Below, one piece after another: positions 47,030 to 60,749 of a stretch of 64,000 nucleotides of DNA. The notes beneath the pieces are model-generated. The model did no database searches. It saw nothing but the letters and a program-made list of their open reading frames with translations, and was not told the DNA's origin. Numbering within the stretch: position 1 is the stretch's first letter; each line of letters begins with the position of its first letter. Source of the DNA: Negaprion brevirostris (taxonomy: Eukaryota). The stretch covers positions 39,627,836-39,691,835 of the forward strand of contig JARDVH010000084.1 of NCBI GenBank assembly GCA_030324005.1, written 5' to 3'. A program made the translations under genes and the position numbers.

Positions 47030-47375
47030 CACTGGGCATTTCGTAACACCATTACACTCAATGAAGTCTTTTTGTAGACTTGATAAAACTTTTCTTCTGA
47101 TGTTAATTGAGGGTTAAATCTAGGCCAGGTTAGCAGGGATAACTCTCCTGCTTTTCTTCAAAATTACACCATGGGACCTTTTATATCTACTTGAGCAGGC
47201 AGACTGAACTTTGGTTCAATGTCTCATCTGAAAGACAGCACCTCCAACAGTACTATTCTCCCTCAGTACTGTACTGCAGTGTCAGCCTTGATTACTGAAC
47301 TCAAACCTTGCAAATGGGATTTGAACCCAGTAACTTGTGATTCAGAGACAAATGGGCTACCAACTGAGCTTCAAC
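47030..47375 (-). mobile_element. DeuSINE (SacSINE1-like) with tRNA head
   Basis: Reverse complement: agctcagttggtag (A-box), gggttcaaatccc (B-box), Deu domain ggaggtgctgtctttcagatgagacatt. Confidence 0.8.
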
Positions 47376-47424
47376 TGACACACAACTGCAAAAAAAGCCA
47401 GTAAAAAAATCTTAAGGAAGTGCA

Positions 47425-48770
47425 ACAACTTGCACTCATAAACACTTTCAATGTTGTAAAACATCCCAAGGTACTTCACAAGAGCATAATCAGACAATAA
47501 ATTACATTGAGCTAAAGAAAGAGACATTGGAACAGGTTGACATATGTTTGGTGTTACGAGGCCAAGCCCCTTCATTTATGAAATTATGGTTTTTCAGCTT
47601 TCAACTTACCAGAAATCTTGCAAGTTTAACTGAGACAGAGCAAACTGCTTGAAATGCAATGCCATATTCCAGAGTGAAGATGAGAAATTGACAAATCACC
47701 CTCAGGGGAATGAGAAGAGGGAGACATTTTTTATAATCCTAATTCCTGTAGAAACTCATAACTGTCTAAGGAAGACATTAAGCTGGCAAAGTTCTGGATA
47801 TTGAAATAATGGCTGCCACAAACAGATGCACCAAAAAAACCCTTGAAAATACACAATGGGTGAAGTATTTCAAGGCAAGGTTGCCAAGCCACCCGCAAGT
47901 GTTGAAAGTGACATAAGCAGTGTCCAAAGATCTTCAGCAGAGGAAACAAACTGAGGGCTCTTTCTTTTGGAATGTGTGTGTTGTCGGTTCAAGAAGCCAA
48001 CTCTACAGAAACTTACCAGCAAACTGATATCTTGTAATAATTGCAACATCTTCTACATCTGAATGCATCCAAGATATCCAATATCCCTAAACTGGCCCCA
48101 ATATTTAAAATCCCTGCTTCAAGGGCAATTAAAGAATGGTTAACCTTTCATTTACCTTTTCCTATTAAACTCTAACTTCTCTTATTTCCAATGTGTGCAT
48201 GTATCCGTGTCCTGTTGACTGCATGAGTGCTAAATGCTTGTTGACATATTATTTCCTCTGGGTTTTAGGTATTAATAAATTTAGTCTTTCTTTGATTCAA
48301 AAAAACCTTGTTTCATTGATTCCTTTTTATTCACACCTTGAATAGTAAAATGCATTCCAAGTTGGAAAAGGCATATCCTTGTAAAAAATAAACTTAAACC
48401 TTTGTTGTGACCAACCAAGGAGATTGAATAGAGGGGAGCCAGTTCATCCCTTCTCACCTGGTTATAACATTAGTCATAGATATTAACCATTATCTTAAAG
48501 AAGGAGAGAGAGACGGAAGTGGACAGATTTGTGGAGAGAATTCCAGAGTTCATGGTCTCGATGGCTGAAGGCGCCAATCGTGGAGCAAAGGAAGTGGGGA
48601 ATGTCCAAAGGTCAGAATTGGAGGTTTACAGGGTGAAAGGAAATTACAGAGGCAGGGAGGTAGAACAACATGGATGGATGAAAATTTTTTTTAAAAAAAT
48701 CGAGGAACTACAGGTCAGCGAAACCATGGAGCCGTGAACAGGGCTTGGTGCAAGTCAGAACAGGGCAACA
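47425..48770 (-). mobile_element. L2 3' portion split by a solo LTR
   Basis: aaacatcccaaggtacttcaca..tttgg | ttagtcataga..gaattccagag is collinear with 15770-16160. Confidence 0.7.
47552..48469 (+). mobile_element. Solo LTR, 918 bp
   Basis: TGTTAC...ATAACA termini, 4-bp TSD TTGG/TTAG, AATAAA near 48275; cleanly interrupts the L2. Confidence 0.75.
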
Positions 48771-49929
48771 TAGCAAATTATTATTATTTGTATGCATCAT
48801 TGTGGGTGTGTATGGATTGGTAGATTGACAGAATTCCATTTGAAAAATACGCTGAAAACTGCTATGCCCAGCTCTATCAATGACTGTTCCCATTATAAAA
48901 GTTTACATACAATGTTCACCTTTAGGTGATGCAATGATAGGAATTTCCATTGTTACTATATTCTGCTGTTGCATCCCTGACATTTCCAAGGTTCAATCAT
49001 AAAATTTTGGGGTGTAGTTTCCACTTGGTGGCACTGTTTGATTTGGCGCAATTTACAGGAAATTGGCATAACTATGCAAAATATAGGAGATCCTTAAGCG
49101 GAAACTATTTCCAGTGCAAATTGAGTAACACAATCTTTTGTGTAAGGTGAAAAAACAGCACAACAGAATCAAGCTCTGCCCAAGAAACTGGCCAGGACCT
49201 GATGTGAATTGTGATTTTCCTCCAAGAACACTTGCTTGCAGGCCTTTGAGGGGGATCTAAACATTAAGTTGGTTCTTTTTGGGAACTAGGAAACTAAGAA
49301 ATACATTTTGAAACCTTTTTACTGGGGTGTATTTTCAGCAGGTGGGAATGGCAGCGGGGGCAGAGAACCTAGCGGGGAGCCCCAAAACAGCTTTCATACC
49401 AGTGGGATTTCACCGCTTGATTGCCTGTGCACCCCCCTCCCCCCCAACTTCCTCCACCACATCCGCCACCAATGACATAATGCTATATAAGGTCTTTTTA
49501 TATTTACTAAGGAACACACTACTGTACCCCAATGTAACTGAAAAAATGGCACAGTACATTTAATTTCAATAATTTATAAAATCAGTTAATTCACAGGTGC
49601 TGGACTGACATTGTAATTACAAATGCTTATATTCTTAGATTAATTCTTTCAGCTATGTTAATGCAAAAGTTACAACTCTTAAATGAAGGATTAATTGTTT
49701 AATTTTTTAAAATAGAAGTTAATGTTTTAAATGCTGCCAGATTGCACTGTTTCACGGCTGATTTTATGTTCTGTCATATGCAAATGAGTTTAAGTTGAAA
49801 CTTGAGGAAGGAAAATATACATTCTCAAGACTAAGACAATTTTGAGCACAATTTGCTCCTGAATTGCCAATTGCAGCCAAAGCGGAAACTGTTCTCAAGT
49901 TTCCTCCAAAGCGCAGGTATCAGGATTTG

Positions 49930-50230
49930 TACAATTCCCTTCCTCACAATAGCGCATTTCCATCTCCTCTCTTCTGGGCAAGACCTTACCACCTCCTGAA
50001 CAGGGCTCTTCTGCCCTCAATCCCAGATGAGATTTTTCACTTCTGAGTTGTATTTTCACCTCCCCAAGGATGGTTTTCTTGCTTTCCACCTGCTATGGTT
50101 TCTCTTCTCCTTCCTCTATTTTGCTCCCCTACTACTGAGGTGGTTTCCCATTTACCCCTCTGTTAGGTCTGTTGTGCCACTTCAGTGCTTCACATCTGCC
50201 GTGGTCTATCTATTGCTCAATCCTCCAAAC
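49930..50230 (+). mobile_element. Possible highly decayed Penelope ORF remnant
   Basis: PDEIFH..SELYF..KDGF and CFTSAVVY weakly resemble the Penelope RT-thumb to GIY-YIG linker. Confidence 0.35.
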
Positions 50231-51399
50231 CCACTGCATCTAAAAGGTTTATTTGGTCTTGACTCCTCGTGGGCACCAAAGAATCACATCTTACTTTTGC
50301 TAACTTGTGACTGTATTGGACAATGAAGAGGGTATCTATCTAAATTTATGCTGTGGGTGGCTTGCAGTGACATTACATCAGGCTTTGATTTTGCAATACA
50401 TCCACATTCTACTTAAACCTTTCTCAATCAATAACTTATTAGAGCATCACAAAAATATCCATGCAGTTGGTGGTTTATCAATGGAACTCAAGGTAATTGC
50501 TTGGTCAATAACTGCCAGTAATTTTAGATATCAGGCCAGACGTTGATTTTGTACTGTAGTGCAGTGATTCCAAAATGAATAAATGATTGCACATCAAGAT
50601 AAAATACTTGTAAATGGGGCAGGGAGAAACTTGTATACATTTTAGAATATACAGTTATGCCACTCCTCCCTAACAACCCAGTTGAGATTGTGTACTCAGT
50701 ATGTGCAGAATGGCAGCTGCAAACAATATAGTATCAGGGCATTAACGTGTATGATTCTTCCGTCCCAGTTTTCCTCACTCTTTACGTATTAGGGCTGAAT
50801 GTTCCAGTGTTTGGGAAAATCTGCCTGTGCATTTTTGCAGCTCATAAACTGTGCACACAATCCATGTGTGACATCACATGCCATTTTCACACCAGGGTTG
50901 GGTTGGCAGTGTAGTTTGTGAGTTGCGTTGGAGTGGGCAGCCTATGTCCGACCAGACAGTGTCCATCAGGATCTGCCTCTTGGTTGAATTGATTAGATAT
51001 GTGGGTGTGGGTGCAGACATGGTCCAGTTAGAAGGCTCAGCATGGTTCTCCAACACAGCTCTCAAGTGTTTTAAAGCCCCAAAAACCTCAGCCCTCATCT
51101 CCCATTCACACCGAATGCCAGACTACATATCTTCAGATTGCCCATGTCATCCCAAAACATGTTTATGCCGCCCATATATTTCCCATGTCCCCTCAGATCA
51201 CCCATGCACTTCTAAGATCTTATTTGCCCTCTATGCCCCCTTGCGGGGGAAGAATAAACATTTCACAATCTAAAAGTTTTTATACCATCGATTCTAAGAA
51301 AAATATGCATTTTACCATGTAAAAATATCTTGTAACACTTATAATCCTATGAGTTCCCTCAAGGTAGCTGTGAGAATATCAAAATCCACACTCTTTAAA

Positions 51400-54300
51400 T
51401 AATAGGGAAGAAAAGCTCCACCAAGATTTTGTGTGAAATCTGCAGGCAAAGCTTCTATTTTTCTAAAGAGACTGAGATTAACACTGAGATTGGAAACCAA
51501 AAAGTCTAGCTGAAATGATATAAAAAAAACAGAGCCATCAGATGTTGAGTCCAGTCGTGCAGTACAGGCAGACTAAAGACGACGGAGACCAGATCGAAAA
51601 GCAAAGAATGTACAAAGATAAAGTTGTTACAGCTGATTTTGTTACTTAATGAAAACATTGAGGGATCTATATCATCCAGGCCATCATGGGCAGAGCTGAG
51701 GAGGTTGTCCAGTCATGTGCCTTTTTGGAGACCATGCCCATGGAACTCTGGTTGGTTATGCACTGTGATCGCTGAGGATCAGGGTAGAATTTGGGAATTC
51801 TTCGGAAGGAAGGCAGAGTTTTGAAGGATTTTGTGATTGAGGTTAATGACCTATATACTGGATGCACAGCTGAGTCAACTTGTAAGATCTATCTTAACTA
51901 CATATGCCATTAAATGTGTAATTTATAATTTATAATTGACTGTAATTTTCCTGTTTATTGGCAAATTTGCATTTTAAATATAGGAAATTATCTAAGATAG
52001 TATTTGCTGTTTGCTTTGTTTTGACTCTTGTGTAATAAAATTTTTTTCAACTATGAAATCTTTGACTTGCACAGGATCAAACTTGCAAGGAAATTACGGA
52101 CAGGGGTAGGGAGGAAAGTTCCTCAAGTGCGTTTGGGAAAAATTTTGACTGCAGTACGTTTCCAGTGCCATGAGACAGGAGGCACTGAAGATCTGGTTCT
52201 TGAGGATGAGGTGGGCCAAGTGGATCAATTAACAATAGGAGAATATTTAGGGGACAAGTGATCATTGTTACATAAGGCTCAGACTGACAACGGAAAAGGA
52301 CAAAGAACAACCCAGAGTCAGAATAATTAACTGGGGGAAAGCCAACTTCAGTGGGGCAAGAATGGATCTGAGCCGTATAAATTGGAGTCAAGGATTGGCA
52401 GGAGAAACAGTAATTGAACAATGGGCTACCTTCAAAGAAAAGGTAACTCAGGCAGAGTCAAGGTATATTCTCTTGAAAGGGGCAGGTGGAGCAAACAAAT
52501 CCAGAACTCCCCAGATATCAAAGAAAGAGATTAAGATAAAGAAGAATAAGTGTGCCTATGACAGGTGTCAGATGGATAATATAACCAAGAATCAGACTGA
52601 ATATAGAAGGCAGCCAATATAGAAGGGAATCACAAATTATTCTTTAAGTATATAAGTAATAAAGGATGGTAGGAGGAATAGGGACAATTAGGTGCCAGAA
52701 AGAGAATTTACTCATAGAAGCAAGGGACATAACCAAGATATTAAATGAATAATTTGCCTTTACCAAGAAAGAGTACGCCATGTGGGACATGGTAAAGAGG
52801 AGGACATTTATACATTAGAAAGATTGACCATTGGTAAGTATTAGACAGGCTACCTGTCTTAATTAGGCACCACGACCAGATGAGATGCATTGGAAAGTGA
52901 GCGTGGAAATTGCAGAAGCTCAAACTTGAATTTTTCAGCCTCCTTTAGACTCAGGGGTGGTGCTGGAAAACTGGAGAGTTGCAGAAGTTATACCTTTCTT
53001 CAAAAAAGGATGCAAACATAAATGCAGAAACTACAGGCCAGTGGGTGGGAGTAGTGTGGGGGGTGTGTGTACTTTTAGAAACAATAATTTGGGACAGAAT
53101 TTGTAGTCACACAGACAAGTGCACTTGAATGAGGGGAGTCAGCTTGGATTTCTCAAGGGAAAATCATGCTTAACTTGCTGGATCTTTTTGAAGGGGTAAC
53201 TGAGTGGGTTGAGGGCAATGCAGCTGTACATACAAGAGGAATTTGATACAGTGGCACATAACAGGCATTTGAGCAAAGTTATAGCTCTTGGAATAAAAGG
53301 AGCAATAGCAANNNNNNNNNNNNNNNNNNNNNNNNNNNNNNNNNNNNNNNNNNNNNNNNNNNNNNNNNNNNNNNNNNNNNNNNNNNNNNNNNNNNNNNNN
53401 NNNNNNNNNNNNNNNNNNNNNNNNNNNNNNNNNNNNNNNNNNNNNNNNNNNNNNNNNNNNNNNNNNNNNNNNNNNNNNNNNNNNNNNNNNNNNNNNNNNN
53501 NNNNNNNNNNNNNNNNNNNNNNNNNNNNNNNNNNNNNNNNNNNNNNNNNNNNNNNNNNNNNNNNNNNNNNNNNNNNNNNNNNNNNNNNNNNNNNNNNNNN
53601 NNNNNNNNNNNNNNNNNNNNNNNNNNNNNNNNNNNNNNNNNNNNNNNNNNNNNNNNNNNNNNNNNNNNNNNNNNNNNNNNNNNNNNNNNNNACTTTCTCC
53701 TCCTCCATCTGCACCAGAAACTCCACCATACAATGATCACTCTCCCCAAGAGGATCCTTCACCACAATAGACTGGGACTTTTTTCTCTGGAGCACAGGAG
53801 GCTGCGGGGTGATCTTATAGAGGTCTATAAAATAACGAGGGACACAGATCAGATAGATAGTCATTACCTTTTCCAAAATTAGGGGAGTCTAAAACTGGAC
53901 AGCATAGGTTTAAGGTGAGTGGGGAGAGATACAGAAGCGGCCAGAGGAGCAATTTTTTCACATAGAGGGTGGTGAGTGTCTGGAACAAGTTGCCAGAGGT
54001 GGTAGTAGTAGAGGCAGGTACAATTTTGTCTTTCAAAAAGCATTTAGATAGGTACATGGGTACAATGGATATAGAGGGATATGGGCCAAATGCGGGCAGT
54101 TGGGATTAGCTTAGGGATTTTAAAAAAAGGCGCTATGGACAAGTTGAGTCGAAGGGCCTGTTTCCATGCTGTAAACCTTTAAACCTCTAAGTGTACAACA
54201 TCCCAGGCTACATAGAGTGTAACAACAGAGGTTACGTTGAACTTGTATAAGACACTAGTTCAGCCTTAGCTGGAGTATTGTGTTCAGTTCTGGGCACCAC

Positions 54301-54842
54301 ACTTAAGGAAGGATGTGAAGGTATTGAATAGAGTGCAGAAAGAATTTACTAGAATGGTTTCAGGGATGAGCGACTTTAATTATGAAGACATATTGGAGAA
54401 GTGTTCCATAGAGAAGAAAAGACTGAAAGGAAATTTGATATTCAAAATCATGGGGGGTATGGGCAGATCAGATAGGGAGAAACTATTCCTCTTCATGAAA
54501 GAATTGAGGATTAGAAACATTGGCAAAAGAAACAAAAACGTTATGAGAAATAACTTTTTCAGGCCGTGGGTGGTTTGGGTCTGGAATGCACTGCCTGAGA
54601 GTGCAGTAGAGGCAGGTTCAANNNNNNNNNNNNNNNNNNNNNNNNNNNNNNNNNNNNNNNNNNNNNNNNNNNNNNNNNNNNNNNNNNNNNNNNNNNNNNN
54701 NNNNNNNNNNNNNNNNNNNNNNNNNNNNNNNNNNNNNNNNNNNNNNNNNNNNNNNACCAGCCAATTGTCCATAAATCACTGGGATTTTAGATTTCTACAT
54801 CTTTCAAACAGAAAGTTACTGGCCTTGACCAGGATCATAACA
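51400..54842 (+). mobile_element. Probable LTR interrupted by a CR1
   Basis: aataaaa..tgaaatctttg at about 52035-52065 resumes at 54756 and ends ggatcataaca. Start not defined. Confidence 0.4.
52075..54620 (+). mobile_element. CR1 ORF2 (EN-RT-3'), containing a second CR1 piece at 53691-54190
   Basis: EDEVGQVDQLTIGEYLGD; GFLKGKSCLTCW; LNRVQKEFTRMVSGM..VWNALPESAVEAGS. Confidence 0.85.
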
Positions 54843-54884
54843 AAATTGTGGACTTGTAATAATTTCCTGTTCAGGATAGTGACA

Positions 54885-55120
54885 CAACAGCTGGCATTTA
54901 TATAGTGTGGTTAAGGTAGCAAAATGCCCCAATGCACTTCATAAAAGCCTAACGTGACATAAATGGGCACCAAGTCAAAGAAAGATATTTTATATCATAC
55001 CCGTAAAAAAAGATCTTAACAAACAGAGGAAGGTGAAAGCTTAGGAGGGGAGTTCCAGAACACAGAATCTATGCAAGCTAAGGTACATATGATGGGGCCC
55101 TGAGGAGGGGAAGAAACAAA
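54885..55120 (-). mobile_element. L2 3' tail, decayed
   Basis: gcatttatatagtg..aaaatgccccaatgcacttca; homologous to 15752 and 47425. Confidence 0.55.
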
Positions 55121-56382
55121 GAGGAAATGGTGTTTCCACATTGCTGGGACTTGCATGGAAATTTGATATCTCAAATCTCTACGCTCATAGATTCAAGTAA
55201 ATGCACAAAAATATTGATGACAATATCTATGAAACCCTAATAGCTTCTGCAAAAATTGGAGAAGGCGTCTTGTGTTCACAAGCATTGTGCAAGAAAGAAA
55301 TGTAAGCACAGCAAGAAAATGAAATGACACATGGCAAGGCATGACATTGTCTGCAGATCAAAATCCTAGAATCTATTAGAGCCAGTCTGGAAAGCAGAAC
55401 TATCCGATAATCTGGAATCTTTACTGGGTATAGGAATCTGTAACTTTCCTGTTACTTGATCATGAAGTGGATAAAGATCAAACAGATATTGAAAAGATGG
55501 TGAACATTGAAACTCTGCTCATTACCTATTCAGAAATCATTATGTCTGATGTGCTGATGGATACAAATATTAAAAATACAATATCTAATACATCAAAATA
55601 ATTGAGGCTTCCTTTAGAAATTTATTCCACAACAAAGAGCATACATAAACGGTAGAGATGGAAACCAACTTTTTTGGTGTACCATCATCTGGACAGGTTG
55701 ACTGCTGAGTAACCTCCCTGAGGTAAGACATAAGCTGGTGAATTTCATGAGATAAAACTGCTGAATACAATATGGGAAATTCAGCACAACTGTGTCAAGC
55801 ATGAGTTCCCATTGAAAATATATCTGAAAAGACTATTGAGTTGGCTGTTATGGATGGAGACGAAAGGTCCAGTATGGTGGGAATTTATGGCTTATGCTTC
55901 TGCATCTTGATTGTCAATGATTAAAGCAAAGGTTCTTTCTGACCAACAGAGCCACGGTTGGCCACATTGAAGAACAATTACAAGCACTTGTTGATCTTTT
56001 GACATTGATAAAGGTGGCTTCTGTCAATCACAGAATTTGCATTCTATAATAACCTTTACATTCAGTGGAACTTTCATTTAATACTAAAATGTCAGCTCTT
56101 TGTAATACAGTAGCAATTGTCTTTGTGATTTAACCTGTAGAAAAGAAATAAGGTCACAAAATGTACTGTTTTAAAAAGAAATGATCTGAATTAAATGCCG
56201 TGGCGCAGCATACTGGGCCATTAGTACATAGTAGCAAAGCAATGGAGCAGATAAACATGTTCAGATTTTGACTGCATAATGTGGAGACTTCATGTGTAGG
56301 CCAGATTATATTCACACAATTCAAAAGTTTGAAGAGTTCCACCTGGATCACAATTGCTCAGCTCCCATTAGCCATTTTTTAG

Positions 56383-56760
56383 AAGTTTATTTATTAGTGT
56401 CACAAGTAGGCTCACGTTAACACTGAAATGAAATTACTGTGAAAATTCCTAGTCACCACACTCCGGTCCCGTTTGGGTACACTGGGGGAGAATTTAGCAT
56501 GGCTAATGCACCTAACCAGCATGTTTTTCAGACTGTTGAAGGAAATCAGACAATGTCATGCCTTACCATGTATCATTTCATTGTCCTGCTGTGCTTACAT
56601 TCCTTACTTGCACAAAGCTTGTGAACACAAGGTACCTTCTGCAATTTTTGCAGAAACGATTAGGTTTGCATTGATATCATCAGTGACCCAAGCTGGGAAT
56701 CGACAGCAGGTTCCTGGCAGTGTGAGGCAGCAGTGCTAACTACTGTGCCACCATGCTGCC
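56383..56760 (-). mobile_element. HE1-type V-SINE (tail B) with a templated insert
   Basis: Head and tail intact; centre replaced by 56547-56677. Confidence 0.85.
56547..56677. repeat. Inverted copy of 55223-55353
   Basis: Ungapped reverse-complement match, 115/131 identical by manual count. Confidence 0.9.
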
Positions 56761-56961
56761 TAAGTCTGTGTACAAGTCACCTGCCCATTCAATTGTGTAC
56801 AAAATGGTTGTAAGCCAGGAGATTGGATTAAAAAGGTAAAACACTGCAGTGAATCTTTTGTTGCATCTGCTTTCAAACATATTATGCTGATGTAAATGAT
56901 CTAAAATGACAAAAACTACATGCTACATTTCTCCGCCTAAACAAAAAGGTTTAGCAAAGAA

Positions 56962-57395
56962 CGAAGAATAGTACAGCACAGCAATAGGCCCTTTGGCCCA
57001 CCAAGTCTGTGCCGACACAGATGCCTCTCTAATCTAATATTTTCTTTCCTCTACATGGTCCATATCCCTCTGTTCCCTGCCTATTCATGTATCTATCCAG
57101 ATGCCTCTTGAACGTTGATATCGAATTTGCTTCAACCATGTCCTCCAGCTGCGTGTTCAAGGCATTCACCATCTTTTGTGTGAAGAATGTGCCCCTTATA
57201 TCTCCTTTAAACTTTACCTCTTTCACTTTGAATCTATAGCCCCCAAGTAATTGACCCTTTGACCCTGGGAAAAAGATTTGGACTATCTACTTTATCCAAG
57301 CCTGTGATAATCTTATAAACCTCTACCAGGTCCCCCATCACCCTCCGACACTCCAATGAAAAGAATCCAAGTTTGCTTAATCTCTCACCAGACCA
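56962..57395 (-). mobile_element. CR1 3' end
   Basis: ERLSKLGFFSLECRRVMGDLVEVYKI; FKGDIRGTFFTQKMVNALN. Confidence 0.9.
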
Positions 57396-57521
57396 GACTG
57401 AGGAGCTGTAAATCATGTAAAACACCCCTCGGTCTATATGCACCCAAGAATGTTTTACATAAAATGAAAACGTATATTGTAAATATAGCCCGCAATGGCA
57501 GGTGTGGTGAGGCACTTCATG

Positions 57522-57620
57522 TAGTACTGAAAGACCATCAACCTGAAACGTTAATTCTTTTCCACTCCACTGATGCTGCCTGACCTGCTGAGTTTTTCCA
57601 GGTTTTTTTGTTCTTATTTC
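57522..57620 (+). mobile_element. Penelope-like family B end, decayed
   Basis: acctgaaacgttaattc..ctccactgatgctgcctgacctgctgagtttttcca. Confidence 0.7.
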
Positions 57621-59861
57621 ATGTACTTTCTTGAAAGGAGCTGATCTGTCTTGCATCTTGAATAATATCAAATTTTAAATATTATGTAATGTCCCTCACA
57701 AACTGAGCAAATAAAGAATATTTGTGGGGTAAAAAAATACAAACAATTTGATTTGTGGGAGAGGTTGGACTGGTGCTTAATACAGTGTTCAAGTGTCCAC
57801 ACACATGTATTCTTCCAGCTGGGGTCACTGGATAGTTACAATTAATGGTAAATACAGACCAGAGATTTTACTCCTGTCCCGTACAACCCCAAAGCAAACT
57901 TTATTGCACATGTGGCTGTTAACTACCTAATATGATGCTAAAAGGCACTAAGAAATTGCACTATTGTATCGTGAAACACTGTCTTACTATCCTTCATTCT
58001 GTGAATCCCGTTGCTAGCTGCTTTGTTGGGTCTCGCACCACACTGGAAGCCTGGTAACTCCCTGGAGGAAGAGTTTTAAAAAAACATTGCCGCAGGAGCG
58101 TATAAGACTGGTGTCTAATCAACACTGTACGGTATTGAGAGGGACCATGATGAAGGGGCAAAATCAAAAAGCTTTAGGAAAGGACTGTGCAATTAGGTTG
58201 AAGCATTCCAACAGGCAGGAGTCAGCTGTGAAGTAGTAAAAAACGTTCAACCAACAACTGCGCATTTATTCTTTTCTTCCTTCACTTTGGGACATTGTTT
58301 GACATTAAGAGCACTACATAACTGCGAGCTGCTCTTGTTTCTGTCGTGGTGCAGGAAGGGGCATGTGTGCTTTGCTGCTTTTTAACTCCTTAAGGTGGTG
58401 ATGGGATCAGTCCCAGCTGACAGGAAACCAAAGGGCAAAATAATAGACTGCATATACAAAAACACAAATGGCAAATTAATAAGCATAGAAACCCAGGAGC
58501 TGCCAATTGGAAGTGCAGAATCTTGTGGTGTCTATTACTCACATAAATGCCAGAACCTGGAGCCATTCTGACAAATATACTTGAAATGTTAACCACCTTT
58601 TGTCAAGCATCTCTTCTCAGATGCTGGCAGATTTAGTATTTTCTGTTTTTCTTTTGCATCATAATAATGTAGGCAGGGAGCAGGGAGCTGTCAGTATGCT
58701 CACACTCACAGCAACAGTTGAGGCCTTTTCTCAAAATAACACGGAGTGGGGAAAAAACAGAGGGGGACTAGTCCTCACATGAAAAATACAGCTGTCAGTT
58801 AGAAAATGCTCAGTGGCAAAATCCAGGTGCAATAGCTTGCTGCAGAAGAGGATGCCATCTCACCTTGTCTGCATAAGCAATGAACACATTCAGGTGTTTT
58901 TGTTTGCTACTGTGCGCTTTGCAAGGGTGATTAACGAAGCAGGCTGCAGGACAAAAGAGTATAAGGTCACCTTAGATCAATGGTGTGTGCTTAGCATAAA
59001 AGAGAAAAAATTTCAGCTGAGAATCTGGAGCTCTAACAGGAGAATAATGTGTACGTGCAATAGTATAAGTGGGGAGAAAACAAACTTGTTTCTGGATGGG
59101 AGCAAGTGCTCTTGTTCTGAAATGGGGCTGACTGCATAAATAAAACTTGGGCACTGCTATCAGACAGTATGACTGATATCTAGTATGTAGCTAAGCAAAA
59201 TTAAGTTCAGGACCACAACTCTGTTTTGATGATATCAAAATAAAATAATGAAGAACAGGATCGTTTCTAGGAGTAAAAAACATGTTATAATGAAAATATG
59301 CCAACCCCTCGGGGCATGAACAGTTCCTTAGTGAACTTATTCAAAGTATAGCCTTCAAGAGGCTGAAAATAGTGAATTGAGGCAGCATGTTCAAACTTCA
59401 GCCTGCTATATTACAATGTTTACTTAGATGAAATTTGCATCCCTGATTTCCTGCATATTGAGGGATGAAATTCTGCAGCAGCAGCCCAACTTGATTTGCC
59501 TTGTCAACATTCTGTGTTTCTGGTGGCCAGAAGGGACCTGGCTGGGCTTTCCAAGTTTTCCTGATTTGCATACTGTTTTTTGCACTCCCATTGTGGTTTG
59601 TGTGATGCGCTGCTAGCCTGGGCATGAACAGAATATGTGCAGATGTCATCTGAAGCAGCAGCTGCAGTTCCTGATTACTGAAAATTGATTCCTGCCGCTT
59701 CTTCCACTGAATTGTACGAGCTGTGAGGTGAGCCAGGAGTCTGCCAATCCCCGTGGTGGAAAGAGGACGGTTTGATTTCCTGAGGAGGGCCGGAGGTGCG
59801 AAGGTGGACGATGGCAAGGAAGCTACAATTTCTGCCGCTAGCTAGCACACCATCAGGGGCC

Positions 59862-60260
59862 CAGTGGTTGCAGCCCCAGGACATCAAGGTAACACCTCTG
59901 CAAAAGTGTCCGAACCACCTTCAGCTGCTTCGACACTGACCTTCCCGACGTCAGAAATGTCACTTGCTGACAATTCTACATTGTTCAGCTCTGTTCGCAC
60001 TATTCTCTGATAACGAAGCGGCACTGCCAGCATTTCAAGAGCCAGACATCATCCCGAAGTAGCAAAGAAAATGGCTGTGATGTTCACGCTCCACAAATTT
60101 CAGCCAATGAATATCTCACACCGGAGAATGCCCAGCCGATGCCTTTTGACCTTCAATGGCACTGCCATCAGAGACTCCAGACCAGTAACACTTTAGGGTC
60201 ATCACTGACCAGCCACATCAACACCATAGCTAACAGAGCAGGACAGAGGCAGGGAACAGG
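59862..60260 (+). mobile_element. Older RT fragment of the tRNA-headed LINE family
   Basis: ccccaggacatc..accaccttcagctgcttc..tgaccttccc matches 5560-5640. Confidence 0.65.
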
Positions 60261-60310
60261 TTGACTGTGTGCAGAGGTTACACCTTATTGGACCAGGTGA
60301 AACTGACTTA

Positions 60311-60627
60311 GGTGGCACGGTGGCACAGTGGTTAGCATTGCTACTTCACAGCTCCTGGGACCTGGGTTCGATTCCCAACTTGGGTCACTGTCTGCATTCG
60401 GGTTTCCTCCTGGTGCTCCGGTTTCCTCCCATAGTCCAAAGGTGTGTAGGTTAGGCTGATTGTCCATGATAAGTTGACCCTTAGTGTCCCAGGACGTGTA
60501 TGTTAGAGGGATTAGCAGGGTAAATGTGTGGGGTTACGGGAATAGGACCTGTGTGACACTGTTGTTCTGCAGACTCAATAGGCCGAATGGCCTCCTTCTG
60601 CACTGTAGGGTTTTTATGATTCTATGT
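60311..60627 (+). mobile_element. HE1-type V-SINE (tail A)
   Basis: ggtggcacggtggcacagtggttagc, B-box GGTTCGATTCCC, tail ggcctccttctgcactgtaggg. Confidence 0.9.
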
Positions 60628-60660
60628 TCTTTTTCCTATGTTCTTATCTTATATGATCCA

Positions 60661-60709
60661 TGGCATCCTGAAAGAAGCCAGTGGCATCCTGAAAGAAGCC
60701 AGTGGCATC
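60661..60709. repeat. 21-bp tandem repeat, 2.3 copies
   Basis: tggcatcctgaaagaagccag x2 plus tggcatc, exact. Confidence 0.9.
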
Positions 60710-60749
60710 AAGGATCTAGGTAGTATAGATGTAACTTCTCTGCACCAGA

